Part shown: positions 12,001-24,169 of the stretch, one piece after another | Position numbering within the stretch: the first letter of the stretch is position 1 | How the letters are laid out: each line of letters begins with the position of its first letter | Assembly (NCBI GenBank): GCA_963575745.1 | Contig: CAUYUJ010000002.1 | Location: forward strand, 682,001 to 746,000 | DNA length: 64,000 nucleotides | Direction of reading: 5' to 3' | Source of the DNA: Prorocentrum cordatum | Lineage: Eukaryota | The notes under the pieces: model-generated | Seen by the model: the letters and a program-made list of their open reading frames with translations, nothing else | The model's database searches: none | What the model was told of the DNA's origin: nothing | Translations under genes and position numbers: made by a program

Positions 12001-13352
12001 AGCTTGCTGCTGGCGGTAGTGCTGGCGCTCCCTGACGTCGCGTTCCAGCTGATGAGCACGCAGCTCATTCTGGCCCTTCAGCTCTGCAGTGTGGTGTACT
12101 ACCTGCCGTGGCGCGTGCCTGGATCCAACACCCTCGATGCCACGTTCACGGTCGGCGTGGTGGTGGCGTTGGCATGTGCTTCCTTCTATGTAGACGCGCA
12201 CCCAGGTTGATGTCCTGGCTTGGATCTCCATCGTGTCGGTGGCTATCATGGTGTGCTCGACGCCCATCATCGGCGCAGTGGTGCTCTACCGTGAGCTGAC
12301 ACTCAGAGGCAACAAACCGTTCAAGTTCTTCATTTGTCACGACGTGGCTGGCGCCGGTGCCTATGCGCGTCTGCTCAAGATGCACATGGAGAAGAGGGCT
12401 GCCAGGGTAGGCATCGACAATGCTTGCGCTGGCGCCAGTCTCGACACCATCATGGACCAGGTCGGCACGCAGACTGAACGTTTGATCGTTTTGGCGTCGA
12501 AAAGCTTGCTCCAGAGGCACAGCTCCATGAACATGATCATGGCCGCGGAGCGCAAGCAGGTACAGGTGGCGAAGGTGACAATGCCCGAGTACACCGATCC
12601 AGAGGAGGAGTTCATCAATTCGTACGAGACAGACTTCAGCGACTCGTCGGTGCTCGCCAATGGCGGCTTCACAGTTTCGAACGTCAAGGATGCCCTGCGC
12701 TGGTTTCGTGGCCTCCAGGGAATCCCTGTGAGCCGGCAGCTGACCAGCACCTCGCTCGAGGAGATCTGCAACGAGCTGATTGGGAAGGCTGCGCCGCCAG
12801 CGAGCGAGGCTGGTGGCGATCCGCCCCCCAGACATCGCCACTGTGATCGTGCACGACAGCAAGAATTTGGAGGCCACCGCCGCTGCCATGGTCCTGGAGC
12901 GCATGTTGGAGCCGTCCTTCAGGGCTGGCAAGTCGCCGAGGGTGCTGTCCGCTGGCCAGCCTGTGCCCTCCTCGGCCAAGCAGGTCATCCTCCTCTGCGC
13001 CGACGGCATGCTCGAGCAGGAGGCCCCACTTCGTACAATTACGTCGGCGTCCAAGCTTGGCGCGACTTCCTTGCCCATGCTGGCTGGGGACGGCTTCCGC
13101 TTCCCGCCCCTCGACTTCGCCCAGAACAACGAGAAGATCCTCGAGCGGGAGGAGATGGATCTTGTGCTGGCAGCCTTCAAGCCCGTCTCAGTGAGCTTCC
13201 CCGCTGCGTTCGCCACGGGCCAGGTGCTCCGCGTCAACTCCGACGGGATTGCCGCGCGCTTGCTTCACGAGGAATGGACCAAGAGCCTCATTGAGTCGAG
13301 CATGACCAGCGAGAATCAAGTGCCTGACCTTGCAATCATCTCAAGCAGATAA
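9016..13352 (+). pseudogene. Intronless receptor-like gene: signal peptide, periplasmic-binding/Venus-flytrap (class C GPCR/ANF-receptor-like) domain, Cys-rich (GCC2/ephrin-receptor-like) repeats, multi-TM region and C-terminal TIR-like domain(s); disrupted
   Basis: ORF pieces 9016..9798, 9918..11801, 11719..12210, 12233.. and 12780..13352 join into one protein. Motifs: LLPGYRL, PIVSALSSNPGLSDRSKYPNFWRT (Venus-flytrap); CEAGTY...CETGRFS...CPRGSF (Cys repeats); several hydrophobic helices; FKFFICH...AYARLLK...LIVLAS (TIR-like). In-frame TAG at 9796-9798 and frameshifts near 9950 (T6 run), 11740, 12210 and 12780. Confidence 0.8.
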
Positions 13353-13449
13353 TCGCTATCTGCCATGGTGGCTAGGCAGGAAGCATGTTTGTAGGAACTC
13401 GTTTCCTCCCCTGCCTCCTGCCTCGCGCCGCCCTTCACGAACCCATGGG

Positions 13450-13790
13450 TTACCAGCTTCTCCGAAGCGTGACCCAGCAGACCTGGGCAGCGCGCGCCCC
13501 CGCGAGTTTCTCCCTGGGCGTGGCCCGACAGACCCGGGCAGCGCGCATCAACGCTTCCTCTCAGGCGTGACCTGGCAGATCGGGGCAGCGCGCATCCTTA
13601 TTTCCTCCCAAGCGTGACCTGGCAGAGCCAGACGGCGCTCATTGACATCTTCTCCCAAACGTGGCCCGATGTTTTTTGGCAGCGCGCATGCCCATTTTGT
13701 TTCCTCCCAGGCGTGAGCCAGCATTTCCGGGCAGCGCACGTCTACATTTCCTCCGAAGCGTGACCCAGCAGATCCGGGCAGCGCTCCAGG
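13450..13790. repeat. Degenerate ~50-bp tandem repeat (GCGTGACCCAGCAGA...GGGCAGCGCGC)
   Basis: The motif recurs about 6 times just downstream of the receptor gene. Confidence 0.7.
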
Positions 13791-14399
13791 CGATTGATGA
13801 CGACACCGTGGAGGCCGCATGCAGGACATGCTGGCCCACGGTCTGCCCGAGACCTCCTTTGCAGTCGCGAGCCTACTCCCCTTTCTGAGGCCGCGTGGTT
13901 CGGTAGGACATGCTGTCCACGGTCTGCGCGAGGCTGCCTATGGCAGTCGCGAGCCTACTCCCTTCTTTGAGGAGCCTTGTGCGCCTGCTCCTTCGGCACA
14001 AACAAAAGCTCGCTTCATGCCAAGCCAGAGGGGACCAAGTGCAGATGCAGCTGGCAACATTCCAAGAGCTTGGCTTTCATGCGGAGCGTTTTTGTCTCCT
14101 CATCGCAGTGGCCCTGTGCTTTTTGCGATGCCAGGTCTCTGCAGGAGGCAATTCTTCACGCTTCGCGTACCCCCACCAGCCCATCTCAAAATAGCAACTC
14201 TTGCGAAGCATGCCGACAGTCGTGTTTTTCAGGCGTGTTTCCGCCTGCCCCCGCATATCTCCCCTGTTCCTTCTTCCTCCCGCCTCCTTGTACATCCTCC
14301 TTGTGGTGGGAGCGGGAGAAGGACGAGGCGGAGGAGGAGGGAGAGAAAGCGGTGGGAGGCAAGAGGGATTTAGCGGAGACGACGACCACAGCGATGATT

Positions 14400-14505
14400 C
14401 TAACAACGACGACGCACCCGACGACGACGACGATATCGACCGCGACGACGACGACGACCACAACCGCGACGACGACGACGACGACGTCGACGACGACGAC
14501 GACGA

Positions 14506-14562
<57 letters not shown>
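14400..14562. repeat. (GAC)n trinucleotide tract
   Basis: Direct reading. Confidence 0.95.
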
Positions 14563-14563
<1 letters not shown>

Positions 14564-14569
14564 TGGTGG

Positions 14570-17035
14570 GAGTCGTTGGGGCCCGTCGTGGGGTGAGTCG
14601 TTCGGCCCCATCGTCCTTGTGTGAGTCCTTCGGGCCCCTCTTCCTGGTGTGAGTCGTTCGGGCTCCTCGTGGTGTGAGTCGTTCGGGCCCCTCGTCCTGG
14701 TGTGAGCCGTTCGGGCTCCTCGTGGTTTGAGTCGTTCGGGCCCCTCGTCCTGGTGTGAGTCGTTCGGGACCTTCTTCCTGGTGTCAGTCGTTCGGGCTCT
14801 TCGTCGTGGTTTGAGTCGTTCGGGCTCTTCGTCCTGGCGTGAGTCGGTCGGGCTTCTCGTAGTGTGAGTTGTTCGGGCCCTTCGTCCTGGTGTGAGTCGT
14901 TCGGGCTCCTCGTCCTGATGTGAGTCGTTCGGGCTCCTCGTGGTGTGAGTCGTTCGGGCCGCTCGTCCAGGTGTGATTCGTTCGGGCCCCTCCTTGTGTG
15001 TGAGTCGTTCGGGCCCCTCGTGGTGTGAAAAGTTCGGGCCCATCGTCCTGGTGTGAGTCGTTCGGGCCCCTCCTTGTGTGTGAGTCGTTCGGGTCCCTCC
15101 TTGTGTGTGAGTCGTTCGGGCTCCTCGTGGTGTGAGTCGTTCGGGCCCCTCGTCCTGGTGTGAGTCGTTCGGGCCCCTCCTTGTGTGTGAGTCGTTCGGG
15201 CTCCTCGTGGTGTGAGTCGTTCGGGCCCCTCGTCCTGGTGTGAGTCGTTCGGGCCCCTCCTTGTGTGTGAGTCGTTCGGGCTCCTCGTGGTGTGAGTCGT
15301 TCGGGCCTCTCGTCCTGGTGTGAGTCGTTCGGGCCCCTCCTTGTGTGTGAGTCGTTCGGGCTCCTCGTGGTGTGAGTCGTTCGGGCCCCTCGTCCTGGTG
15401 TGAGTCGTTCGGGCCCCTCCTTGTGTGTGAGTCGTTCGGGCTCCTCGTGGTGTGAGTCGTTCGGGCCCTCGTCCTGGTGTGAGTCGTTCGGGCTCCTCGT
15501 GAGTCGTTCGGGCCCCTCGTCCTGGTGTGAGTCGTTCGGGTTCTTCCTTGAGTGTGAGTCGTTCGGGCTCCTCGTGGTGTGAGTCGTTCGGGCCCCTCGT
15601 CCTCGTGTGAGTCGAACTCTCCTCCTTGTGTGTGAGTCGTTCGGGCTCTTCGTGGTGTGAGTCGTTCGGGCTCTTCGTCCTGGTGTGAGTCGTTCGGGCT
15701 TCTCGTGGTGTGAGTTGTTCGGGCCCCTCGTCCTGGTGTGAGTCGTTCGGGCCCCTCCTCCTGGTGTGACTCGTTCGGGCTCCTCGTGGTGTGAGTCGTT
15801 CGGGGCCCTCGTCGTGGTGTGAGTCGTTCGGGCTCCTCGTGGTGTGAGTCGTTCGGGCGCCTCGTCCTGGTGTGAGTCGTTCGGGCCCCTCCTTTGGTGT
15901 GAGTCGTTCGGGCTCTCGTGGTGTGAGTCGTTCGGGCTCCCTCGTCCTGGTGTGAGTCGTTCGGGCCCCTCCGTTCGGGCTCCTCTCCGTTCGGGTGTGT
16001 GAGTCGTTCGGGCTCTTCGTGGTGTGAGTCGTTCGGGCCTTCGTCCTGGTGTGAGTCGTTCGGGCTTCTCGTGGTGTGAGTTGTTCGGGCCCCTCGTCCT
16101 GGTGTGAGTCGTTCGGGCCCCTCCTCCTGGTGTGAGTCGTTCGGGCTCCTCGTGGTGTGAGTCGTTCGGGGCCCTCGTCCTGGTGTGAGTCGTTCGGGCT
16201 CCTCGTGGTGTGAGTCGTTCGGGCCCTCGTCCTGGTGTGAGTCGTTCGGGTCCTGGTGTGAGTCGTTCGGGCTCCTCGTGGTGTGAGTCGTTCGGGCCCC
16301 TCGTCCTGGTGTGAGTCGTTCGGCCCCTCCTTGTGTGTGAGTCGTGGTGTGAGTCGTTCGGGCCGTTCGTCTCGTGGTGTGAGTCGTTCGGGCCCCTTCC
16401 TTGTGTGTGAGTCGTTCGGGCTCCTCGTGGTGTGAGTCGTTCGGGCCCTCGTCTGGTGTGAGTCGTTCCCCCTCCTTGTGTGTGAGTCGTTCGGGCTCCT
16501 CGTGGTGTGAGTCGTTCGGGCCCCTCGTCCTGGTGTGAGTCGTTCGGGCCCCTCCTTGTGTGTGAGTCGTTCGGGCTCCTCGTGGTGTGAGTCGTTCGGG
16601 CCCCTCGTCCTGGTGTGAGTCGTTCGGGCCCCTCCTTGTGTGTGAGGCGTTCGGGCTCCTCGTGGTGTGAGTCGTTCGGGCCCCTCGTCCTGGTGTGAGT
16701 CCGTCGGGCCCCTCCTTGTGTGTGAGTCGTTCGGGCTCCTCGTGGTGTGAGTCGTTCGGGGCCCTCGTCCTGGGGTGAGTCGTTCGGGCCCCTCCTTGTG
16801 TGTGAGTCGTTCGGGCTCCTCGTGGTGTGAGTCGTTCGGGCCCCTCGTCCTGGTGTGAGTTTTCGGGCGCCTCCTTGCGTGTGAGTCGTTCGGGCTCCTC
16901 GTGGTGTGAATCGTTCGGGCCACTCGTCCTGGTGTGAGTCGCTCGGGCCACTCCTTGTGTGTGAGGCGTTCGGGCTCCTCGTGGTGTGAGTCGTTGGGGC
17001 CCCTCGTCCTGGGGTGAGTCGTTCGGGCTCCTCGT
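14570..17035. repeat. Minisatellite with conserved core TGTGAGTCGTTCGGG and three alternating linkers (80-bp higher-order trimer)
   Basis: The core is followed cyclically by CTCCTCGTGG, CCCCTCGTCCTGG and CCCCTCCTTGTG (25+28+27 bp). Accounts for the >1000-aa minus-strand ORFs. Confidence 0.95.
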
Positions 17036-17650
17036 GGGGCCTCTTGGGGGCCTCTTGGAGGCTCCTGGGGCCTCTTGGGGGCCTCTTGGGGGCGTCTTGG
17101 GGGCCTCTTGGGGGCCTCTTGGGGCGTCTTGGGGCCTCTTGGGGGCCTCTTGGGGGCCTCTTGGGGGCCTCTTGGGGCCTCTTGGGGGCCTCTTGGGGGC
17201 CTCTTGGAGGCCTCTTGGAGGCCTCTTGGGAGCCTCCTGGGGGCCTCTTGGGGCCAGCTTGGGGCCTCTTGCGACCTCCTCAGAAGCGCGAATGAGCGCT
17301 GCCCCCTGAGAAGGACAAAATGAGCCCAAAACCTTCGTAAAATCAATGATTTTGCCATGAAGGAAGAGGAGCGCTGAAACCGTAGTAAAATCTATGATTT
17401 TGGCTTCACAGAAGAGGAGAGGTTTTTTTCTCTGGCCCCCCGTCGGGGCCAGAATCCTCGTGAGGGGTGTCGTTTTTTAGCCCTCCCAGGAGTCGAAAAA
17501 GACCCCTCCAACGACCCGCGGAACCCCCTCTCCAGGTCCAGGGGGAGGGGGTAGGGGGAGGGGTAAACCCCTCCCCGAAGGGGAAGAAGGGGGGGTGAGA
17601 ACAGAGCGTGCTCTCTAAACCACTCACGCCCAAAGGGCTGGTGGGATTTA
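17036..17650. repeat. GGGGCCTCTT-rich dispersed repeat family member
   Basis: Tandem GGGGCCTCTT units, ending in CGCCCAAAGGGCTGGTGGGATT. Related blocks at 1-130, 21480-22112 (same end motif), 50300-50950 and 58490-58990. The reverse complement (CCCAAGA/CCAAGAGG) fills the 29-31 kb elements. Confidence 0.8.
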
Positions 17651-20600
17651 GCAGGCAACTTTTTCTTCGTATGTCTAACCTTCGGGGCCTTTTGCCTGGC
17701 TGAGCCAGACGGTGCCCTTGCGGGCCAACATACGAAAGCCATATGAAAGCGAAAGGCAGGTCGTCGCTGCCCTGCCGCATCGCAGCACTCTGGCTGTTGG
17801 CATTTTGATCCCACCTGCCACGGCATTGTTTCCTTGTTCCCGTTGTCGTGGTAGCACTTAAGCCAACGCTGCTTGGGCCCAGGATGCCCTTTGAAGGCAC
17901 AGGAAGACGAATGGCGTCGGCCGTGACCATGTATAGCTCCTTGGCAACGACGTTCAGAGAAAAAAAGAAGAAACAAAAATAGCACATAGACAGCCCACGC
18001 TGGAGTCGTGGACCTTGCCAGGCCCTTCCATCCCTGCGGCCGGTTGCCGCACGGGATTGCGGCCACTGCCTCCCGCGGCGGAGGTCACTGCCGACATGGG
18101 CTTTGGGGTCGTCTGCGCCCCCCTCCCAGGGCAGCCGACTTTGGACGGCAGAGACTGGTGGCTGAAATAACCCACCTCCTGCACTCCACTTTTTTTCACA
18201 TCACAGTGAGCGGCAGCGGTGGGGGAACGAAATTATCCACCGCACCGCCCGCGCTCAGCCCCCCCCCTGGTTCGGAAGTTTTGCGCATGGATGCTTGGGG
18301 TCGCCATCTGTGTTCAGCAGCTTTTGGCTGCGCCCCCTCCGCTCTTCTTCTCATTCACAATGTCTCTGCGGTTTTTCGCTGCGCCCCCCCCCCCCCCGCA
18401 CCATGACCGCCGAGATTGCACTGGACGCAGAAGAAGCGGCCGCCCTGAGACCTTCCCAGGGCGCATCGGTTGGCCGACCCAGCTAGGGTTCTACAGTGCT
18501 CGCCTGGGCACGTCAACGCGCAGCCAACACTCGATGCAGCCCAGTAGCTCGGCAGCTGCCAGCATCCTGTGCGCCCTGGGGTCGGAGGCAGACGGAGTTT
18601 ACACAGGCAGCGAGGTTGGTGTTATGAGGAGGTGCGGTCCTCCCTTCACGTGGTGACTGTCCTCGTTGATCCGCCCCGCATCGAGTGGTCCTGTCCCCGG
18701 ATCCTGGGCTTTGTCGGCGCCCCCCTCCTCCTCCTCCTCCTCCTCCTCCTCCTCCTCCTCCTCCTCCTCCTCCTCCTCCTCCTCCTCCTCCTCCTCCGCG
18801 TCCTCTTTCATTCACAATGTCTCTGCGGCTTTTGGCTGCGCCCCCCCCCCGTGCGATGATTGTTGCGGCCGCAGATGTGCGGTCGCCCTGAGACTGGCCC
18901 AAGGAGCTTCGGTCCCTCGCGGCTGATTCAGCCTTTGTTCTGATACAGGGACGCATTGGCACGTCAGCACGCCCGTGGTCAAGATGTTCCGCGCATGGAA
19001 GCCCAGGGATCATCATCTGTGTCCAGCGGTTTTTGGCTGCGCCCCCCCCCCCTCTCATTCACAAGTCTCTGCGGCTTTTGGCCGCGCCCCCCGATCAACA
19101 GCATAGATAGCATCGACCATTGAAGAGAGTCCGCCCTGAGACCCGCCCATGGAACAGCAGTGCCGACCCAGCCCGGCAGGTCAGCACGCCGCCAGCGAAT
19201 GGTACAGCCCAGCAGCTAGGCAGCTAGCTGCCAACGGTCCGCTTGCCCCGGCTGCGGACGCATCCGTATTCCGCAGGGGCAGAGTGGCAGGTGGTGAGTG
19301 GGGGTGGCTGCCCACCATACCTATGGTGATTGGCCTCGCCGAGTGAGCGGCCCGCATCGAGTGGTGCAGCCTTCTGCGGTCAGTTCGCTCAGCTCTTCTC
19401 GGCGCAGCCACAGCCCCAGTCCTCGCCAGGACATCACATCGTTGTGCCCCCGGACCGCGTGAGCCGGATACGATGTACCAGTGGTAATTTAGAGGATGGT
19501 GGCCCGCCATCCCACAATGACACCGGTGCTCAGCGGCTGGCCGCGCCCCCTCCCGTCCGAGTTTCGCCCTGGTTCTTCGCTGGCCCGTTCATGGCGCTAC
19601 CACGAGGACGTTTCGGCCCGCTGTCAGCACGCCGCCTACGTGCATTACAGCCAACAGCTTGGTCGCCGCCAGGCATCGGCTCCCCACGGGCGTCGGAGTA
19701 CTCGGCTTCCCCGGGCTGCGCGACATATGGGGATCGGGTGCGGCCGTCAACCATACTTTCGGTGATACCCGATGTTTGGTTTCGCCAGGGAGTGGCCCTG
19801 CACCGAGTGGTCCAGCCTTCTGCAGTTCGTGGGCGCTCCCCTAGCAGATCAGTCTGCTACCAGTCCCCGTCAGTACCTTGCATCATTTTGCCCCCGAACC
19901 GCGAGAGTCGGATACGATGTGCACGCACTGGCTACAGGCTGGAGGTGGCTCGACCTCGTGAACACACACCAGTGGTCGTCCCCTTCTGGTGGCGCTATGA
20001 CGGGCTTCAGCCACACCTCTGCGTCAGTGAGCCATGACGAGTCAGTCCCTCCTCTTTTGCCGCACCGCCGCTCCTCGTGGTGCTGCAGTGAGCCATGGCT
20101 GGCGCTCGCTTTGGCCCCTTCTCCCTCCCTCCCGCCTCTTGGCTTCGCCTCCGAATGTGGATCGGCCGGAATTTGGCGCCGAAGCGGCGACTTCTCGCTC
20201 CCGTTCTGCCGCCGGTTCATGCCTGCGTCCCCACCTGTCGGGACGTTTGGACCGGTCACCTTTTGACGCAGTACGCGTCTTAATGAGGGTCATTTTGTCC
20301 CTGGCGCGTGCACTTCGCCAGTGCGGCCAATTATCTTCGCACCGCGCCCCAGACGTTGACCCGCTTCAAGTCCCTCGCCTTGGAGCCGCGAGCCAAAAAG
20401 TATCCCCACCAGTTTCGGCCCTGGCATCCGCACCCAGTGCAGCTTGCAGCTCACGCGAAGCGCCGTTTAGGCAGCTGAATTTGGCAGTTTAGGTGCGCGG
20501 TTCTAGTTTGCTCCTGTTGTCAATTAGTAGGCCCGCGCCCCGGATTTACGACTCGCCGCTTGCGCTTACGCTTGCGGCCGCGACCAGAAAAAAAAAGTAC

Positions 20601-22240
20601 TCCACCAGTTCGCATTCAATGCGATTCGAGGCTGTCGGACCACCTGGCTTTGGCCACCCTGGTACTCTGCAGCTCGCTGATGTTCACGCCCTACATTGGG
20701 CACACAAGTCGGCTCTTGGCAGTCGGTTCACTTGGCTTCGGCCACCCTGGTACTCTTGCACTTCCGTGGGTGCCTACGCCCCTGCGTCCAATTCACTCGC
20801 AGCTTGCAGATCCTGGCAGCCGACCACCCTGGCAGCCAACTCATCTCTGCAGCGCGCTGCATGCGTGCACCCTGGCAGTGCAGCTCCCCAGCAGTTGCCG
20901 TCAGCCCCCTTCCACTCGCCGGCCTGGCCGCCGAGGTGCCGCGTGAGGCTTCGGCCCACCGCTTTAGGTGAATTCGTCATTGCGCGGCCCGCTCTGACTG
21001 GACTCGCCGCTGGCGCTTTCGCCTGCGGCCGTTGACCAAAAAAATATCCCCACCAGTGGAACAGGGCGTTGAGCCCTGTTCCGCCTTGAGACGGGCGCCG
21101 CTCGCTTCGCTGTTTATCTCTTTGCTTTGGCGCGGCCCGCCCTAGCTTGCACGGCGTTCAACCCTTTTTTCGCGCACCCGCATTAAAAAAATGCCCACCA
21201 GCTTGTTCAGAAATGTTGCCCAGAGAGAATTGATGTGAAATAACACGAAGAGACACATAGAGCGAAGCAAAGCCAGCAACCAGGATGAACAGAGAGACCC
21301 GTCGGAACAAGGGGGGGCATTGGAGGGCCTTTGCGGGCCATCCGTGGGGCCCGCGGGGGGGAGGAAAAGGGGCAGGAGGAGGAGGCGGAGAGGAGGAGGA
21401 GGAGGAGGAGGAGGAGGCGGAGAGGAGGAGGAGGAGGAGGACGAGGAGGAGGAGGAGGAGGAGGAGGAGGAGGAGGCAAACTGCCTCTTGGAGCTCTCGT
21501 GGGGCGCTCTTGGCGCCCTCTTGGGACCCTCTTCGGGCTCTTGGGGTTTCCCCGGGAGCCATGAAGGGCCTCTTGAGGCCATCATGAGGAGGGGGGGGCC
21601 AGGTTGGTTTTCCCCATGGGGCCATCAACATCGCCTCTTGGGGCCCTCTTGGGGCGCTCCTGGGCCGCTCTTGGGCGCTCTTGGGGCGTCTGGGCCTCTT
21701 GGGCCCCTTGTCGGTCTCTCTCGGGTCATCGCGGGGCCATACTGAGGCTTCGAAGGCGCATCTGAAACAAGAAGGCGAGACGGCACCAGTGTTTGAAGGA
21801 TGTTGGTCTTTTGGGGGGTTCCTCAGGGGGGTCCGAGAGCATGTGGAACCGTCCTCTTGGCGGTATGCCAGAAACTATCTTGAACCATCGCTGGCTATCG
21901 TGAGCCATCTTGGAGGCCATCTTGGAGCATCGGAGGCCCTCTCGGAACCATTTTGAGGGAAGATGGACCCTCTAACACATCGCGGCTCACCCCAAGAAAA
22001 GCTCAGGGAGGAGAGGTGGAGGATACCCTTCCACTGAGGGAGAAAAACATACATTTTCAAGAACGAATGAACTCGCCAGGCCACCTTCGCCCAAAGCGCT
22101 GGTGGGATTATTTCAGGGACCTATGAAGAGGGAAATTCGAGGGAGGGTTCCATTGCACTATCGTTGATGCGTTTTGGGTTCACAATGGTCTTCCTCATCC
22201 TCCTCCTCCTCCTCGTCCTCCTCCTCCCCTTCTCTCAGTG

Positions 22241-22286
22241 GCTATTTTGGTTCAAAGCATTATGGGTCGAGCCGTGTTGGCCAGAG
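22241..22286 (+). other. Three tandem degenerate DinoSL relicts
   Basis: GCTATTTTGGTTCAAAG, CATTATGGGTCGAG and CCGTGTTGGCCAGAG each resemble (G)CCATTTTGGCTCAAG with increasing decay. They lie directly after a (TCC)n tract. Confidence 0.6.
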
Positions 22287-24169
22287 CCGTCCTGCGGATG
22301 ACCCCTTGGTTCGCGCGCGTTTGCTGCGCCCTGGGCTCGGTGGACCGCGATCGCGCGTCGAGGCCGGCTGTGCAGAACACGCATGCAAGAGAGCGCGCTC
22401 CCAAGGCGCAGCGTCTCAGACTCAAACAGTGGCGAAGCGTCTCGGCTTGCCTATACGGCCACCAAATCATGTTCTGAGAACGTTTCGTGATTTCCACGAA
22501 TTTTTTTTGGAACGCTTCTGGCTGCTACTCTCTTGTCTTAGCACATTGGGTTTACATTATAATGTAACGTGTTTCGTTGTTCGAGCATTCTTTTGTTCTG
22601 AGAACGTGTCGTGATAGGCCTACAGGAATGCCAGGACGGTCGGTCCCTGCTCAAAAGACGGAAAGTTACCTGTCACGCGCGCCGAGTGCCGCCCGGCGGA
22701 TTCTCGGGCGCGTCGTCGGCGGACCTGTTCGGGGCGGCTGCGGGTCTTCCGCTGGGACGCGGCGACGGCAGTGCGCGTGCTGAGGCTTATCGTCTTCCCC
22801 TCGCTGCACCTTGACAGTTCGCAGTGCCGTCACCCAGCTTGCCAGAGCGCGCGTGCGGACTGTCTCTGCCGCGCTGCGACGTAAACAGCGTGCTGAAGCT
22901 TCGCCGTTCGCGCCCAGTGGTTGCCTGCCGCGCGGCGTGCTTGCGCTGCGCGTGCGGGGCCGCGGTCTGGCCGCCGTCCTGGGCCCCGCCCGCGCGGCAG
23001 GTGGCGGAGGCAGCCGCTGCGGAGGCAACTGGGGAGGTCGACGTGGTGCAGGAGCCGAGCGTGACGGAGTACGAGCAGCATGCGACGACGGACGGCGTGA
23101 GCGAGATCGTGCGCGAGGATTCGGAGGCGGCTGGGCGGCGCGTGGCTCCCTCAGTGGCCGCAGCGGAACGTTGGCGCGGCCATGGCGCGTGGTTACCGTG
23201 AGCACGGCGTGTGGGGTCGCTTCGTGCGCGGTGAATGGTGAGGCGGGTGTCGACATGGTCGCCGACCGGCTCGCGGACGAACTGGCCTGGCCGGCGCCGA
23301 TGGCCAGCGCTGCGCAGACTGGCGGCATTGGGCAAGAGCGACGTTGCCCCAGAGGCTGAGTCGGTTGCTGGATACGGACGTTGCACAATGAGGGGGCGAG
23401 CCCTGACGTGGCCCTACAGGGCTCCCACTGTGGCCCAACAGGGGCACGGAACGTGCACGCTTCTCCCCCCCCGTTTTATCGCCCCCCTATGTGCAAGACA
23501 CGCCCTGCGCAGTTGTGGCCCCGCTATTTCGTTCCGAGGGCGATGGCATGCCGCGGGTGTGATCGGAACGCAGATGGGGAGGCGGAGTGCGAGGAGGCGG
23601 CCGCGGAGCCGTGGAGACCGCTGCGCTTCTGGGCACGACGTATCTAGCCTTATTGGGTGAGGGCCGTTGATTGTAACCCTCAGGGCGTCGTTGCCTCTCC
23701 AACGGGCGTGGTCGGAGGAGGGGGGGCAGGAGAGACGGGGCTGGTAGCGCTACTATTCGCGCCCGCCGCCTGCGCCGTCTAGAAAATCCCTGGAATTATG
23801 CATTTCCAGACGCCGCCAGCGCGAATCGCGACGTGGCCGAGAGGGGTGGATGGCGGGCAGGGCCGGTCACGCGCGAGAGAGCGAATAGCAGACTGACTTC
23901 CACTCCGACAGCCTCGGGGTGGTCGGGCGGCCCAGCGTGGGTGTGGTTGTCACGCCCATGTCTGCCACTTTTCCTCCTGCGTCTCTCTGCGTCCCCTTCT
24001 GTGCCGCCGTCGTGGTTCACAAGGGCCCTTGAATCACCTGTCGCGCAGGCGACGGGCGCGCCCTGGCCCCCGTAAAAAGAAAGAAAACGTGCTCGCTCAC
24101 AGCACGGGCCCCCCGATTTGTATTTCGTGTTTCTTTGTTTTCCATGCAGTCACTCCCGTGCATTCTACA

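Noticed and set aside
14570..17035. CRISPR array
   Set aside because: Spacers are only 10-13 nt and recur in a fixed cycle, there are no cas genes, and the context is eukaryotic.
14077..17358. 1093-aa and 1047-aa minus-strand ORFs as genes
   Set aside because: They are translations of minisatellite and microsatellite DNA.
17379..17411. DinoSL relict (ACCGTAG...ATTTTGGCT)
   Set aside because: The halves are separated by ~11 nt, there is no CAAG end, it lies inside a repeat family member, and no gene follows.
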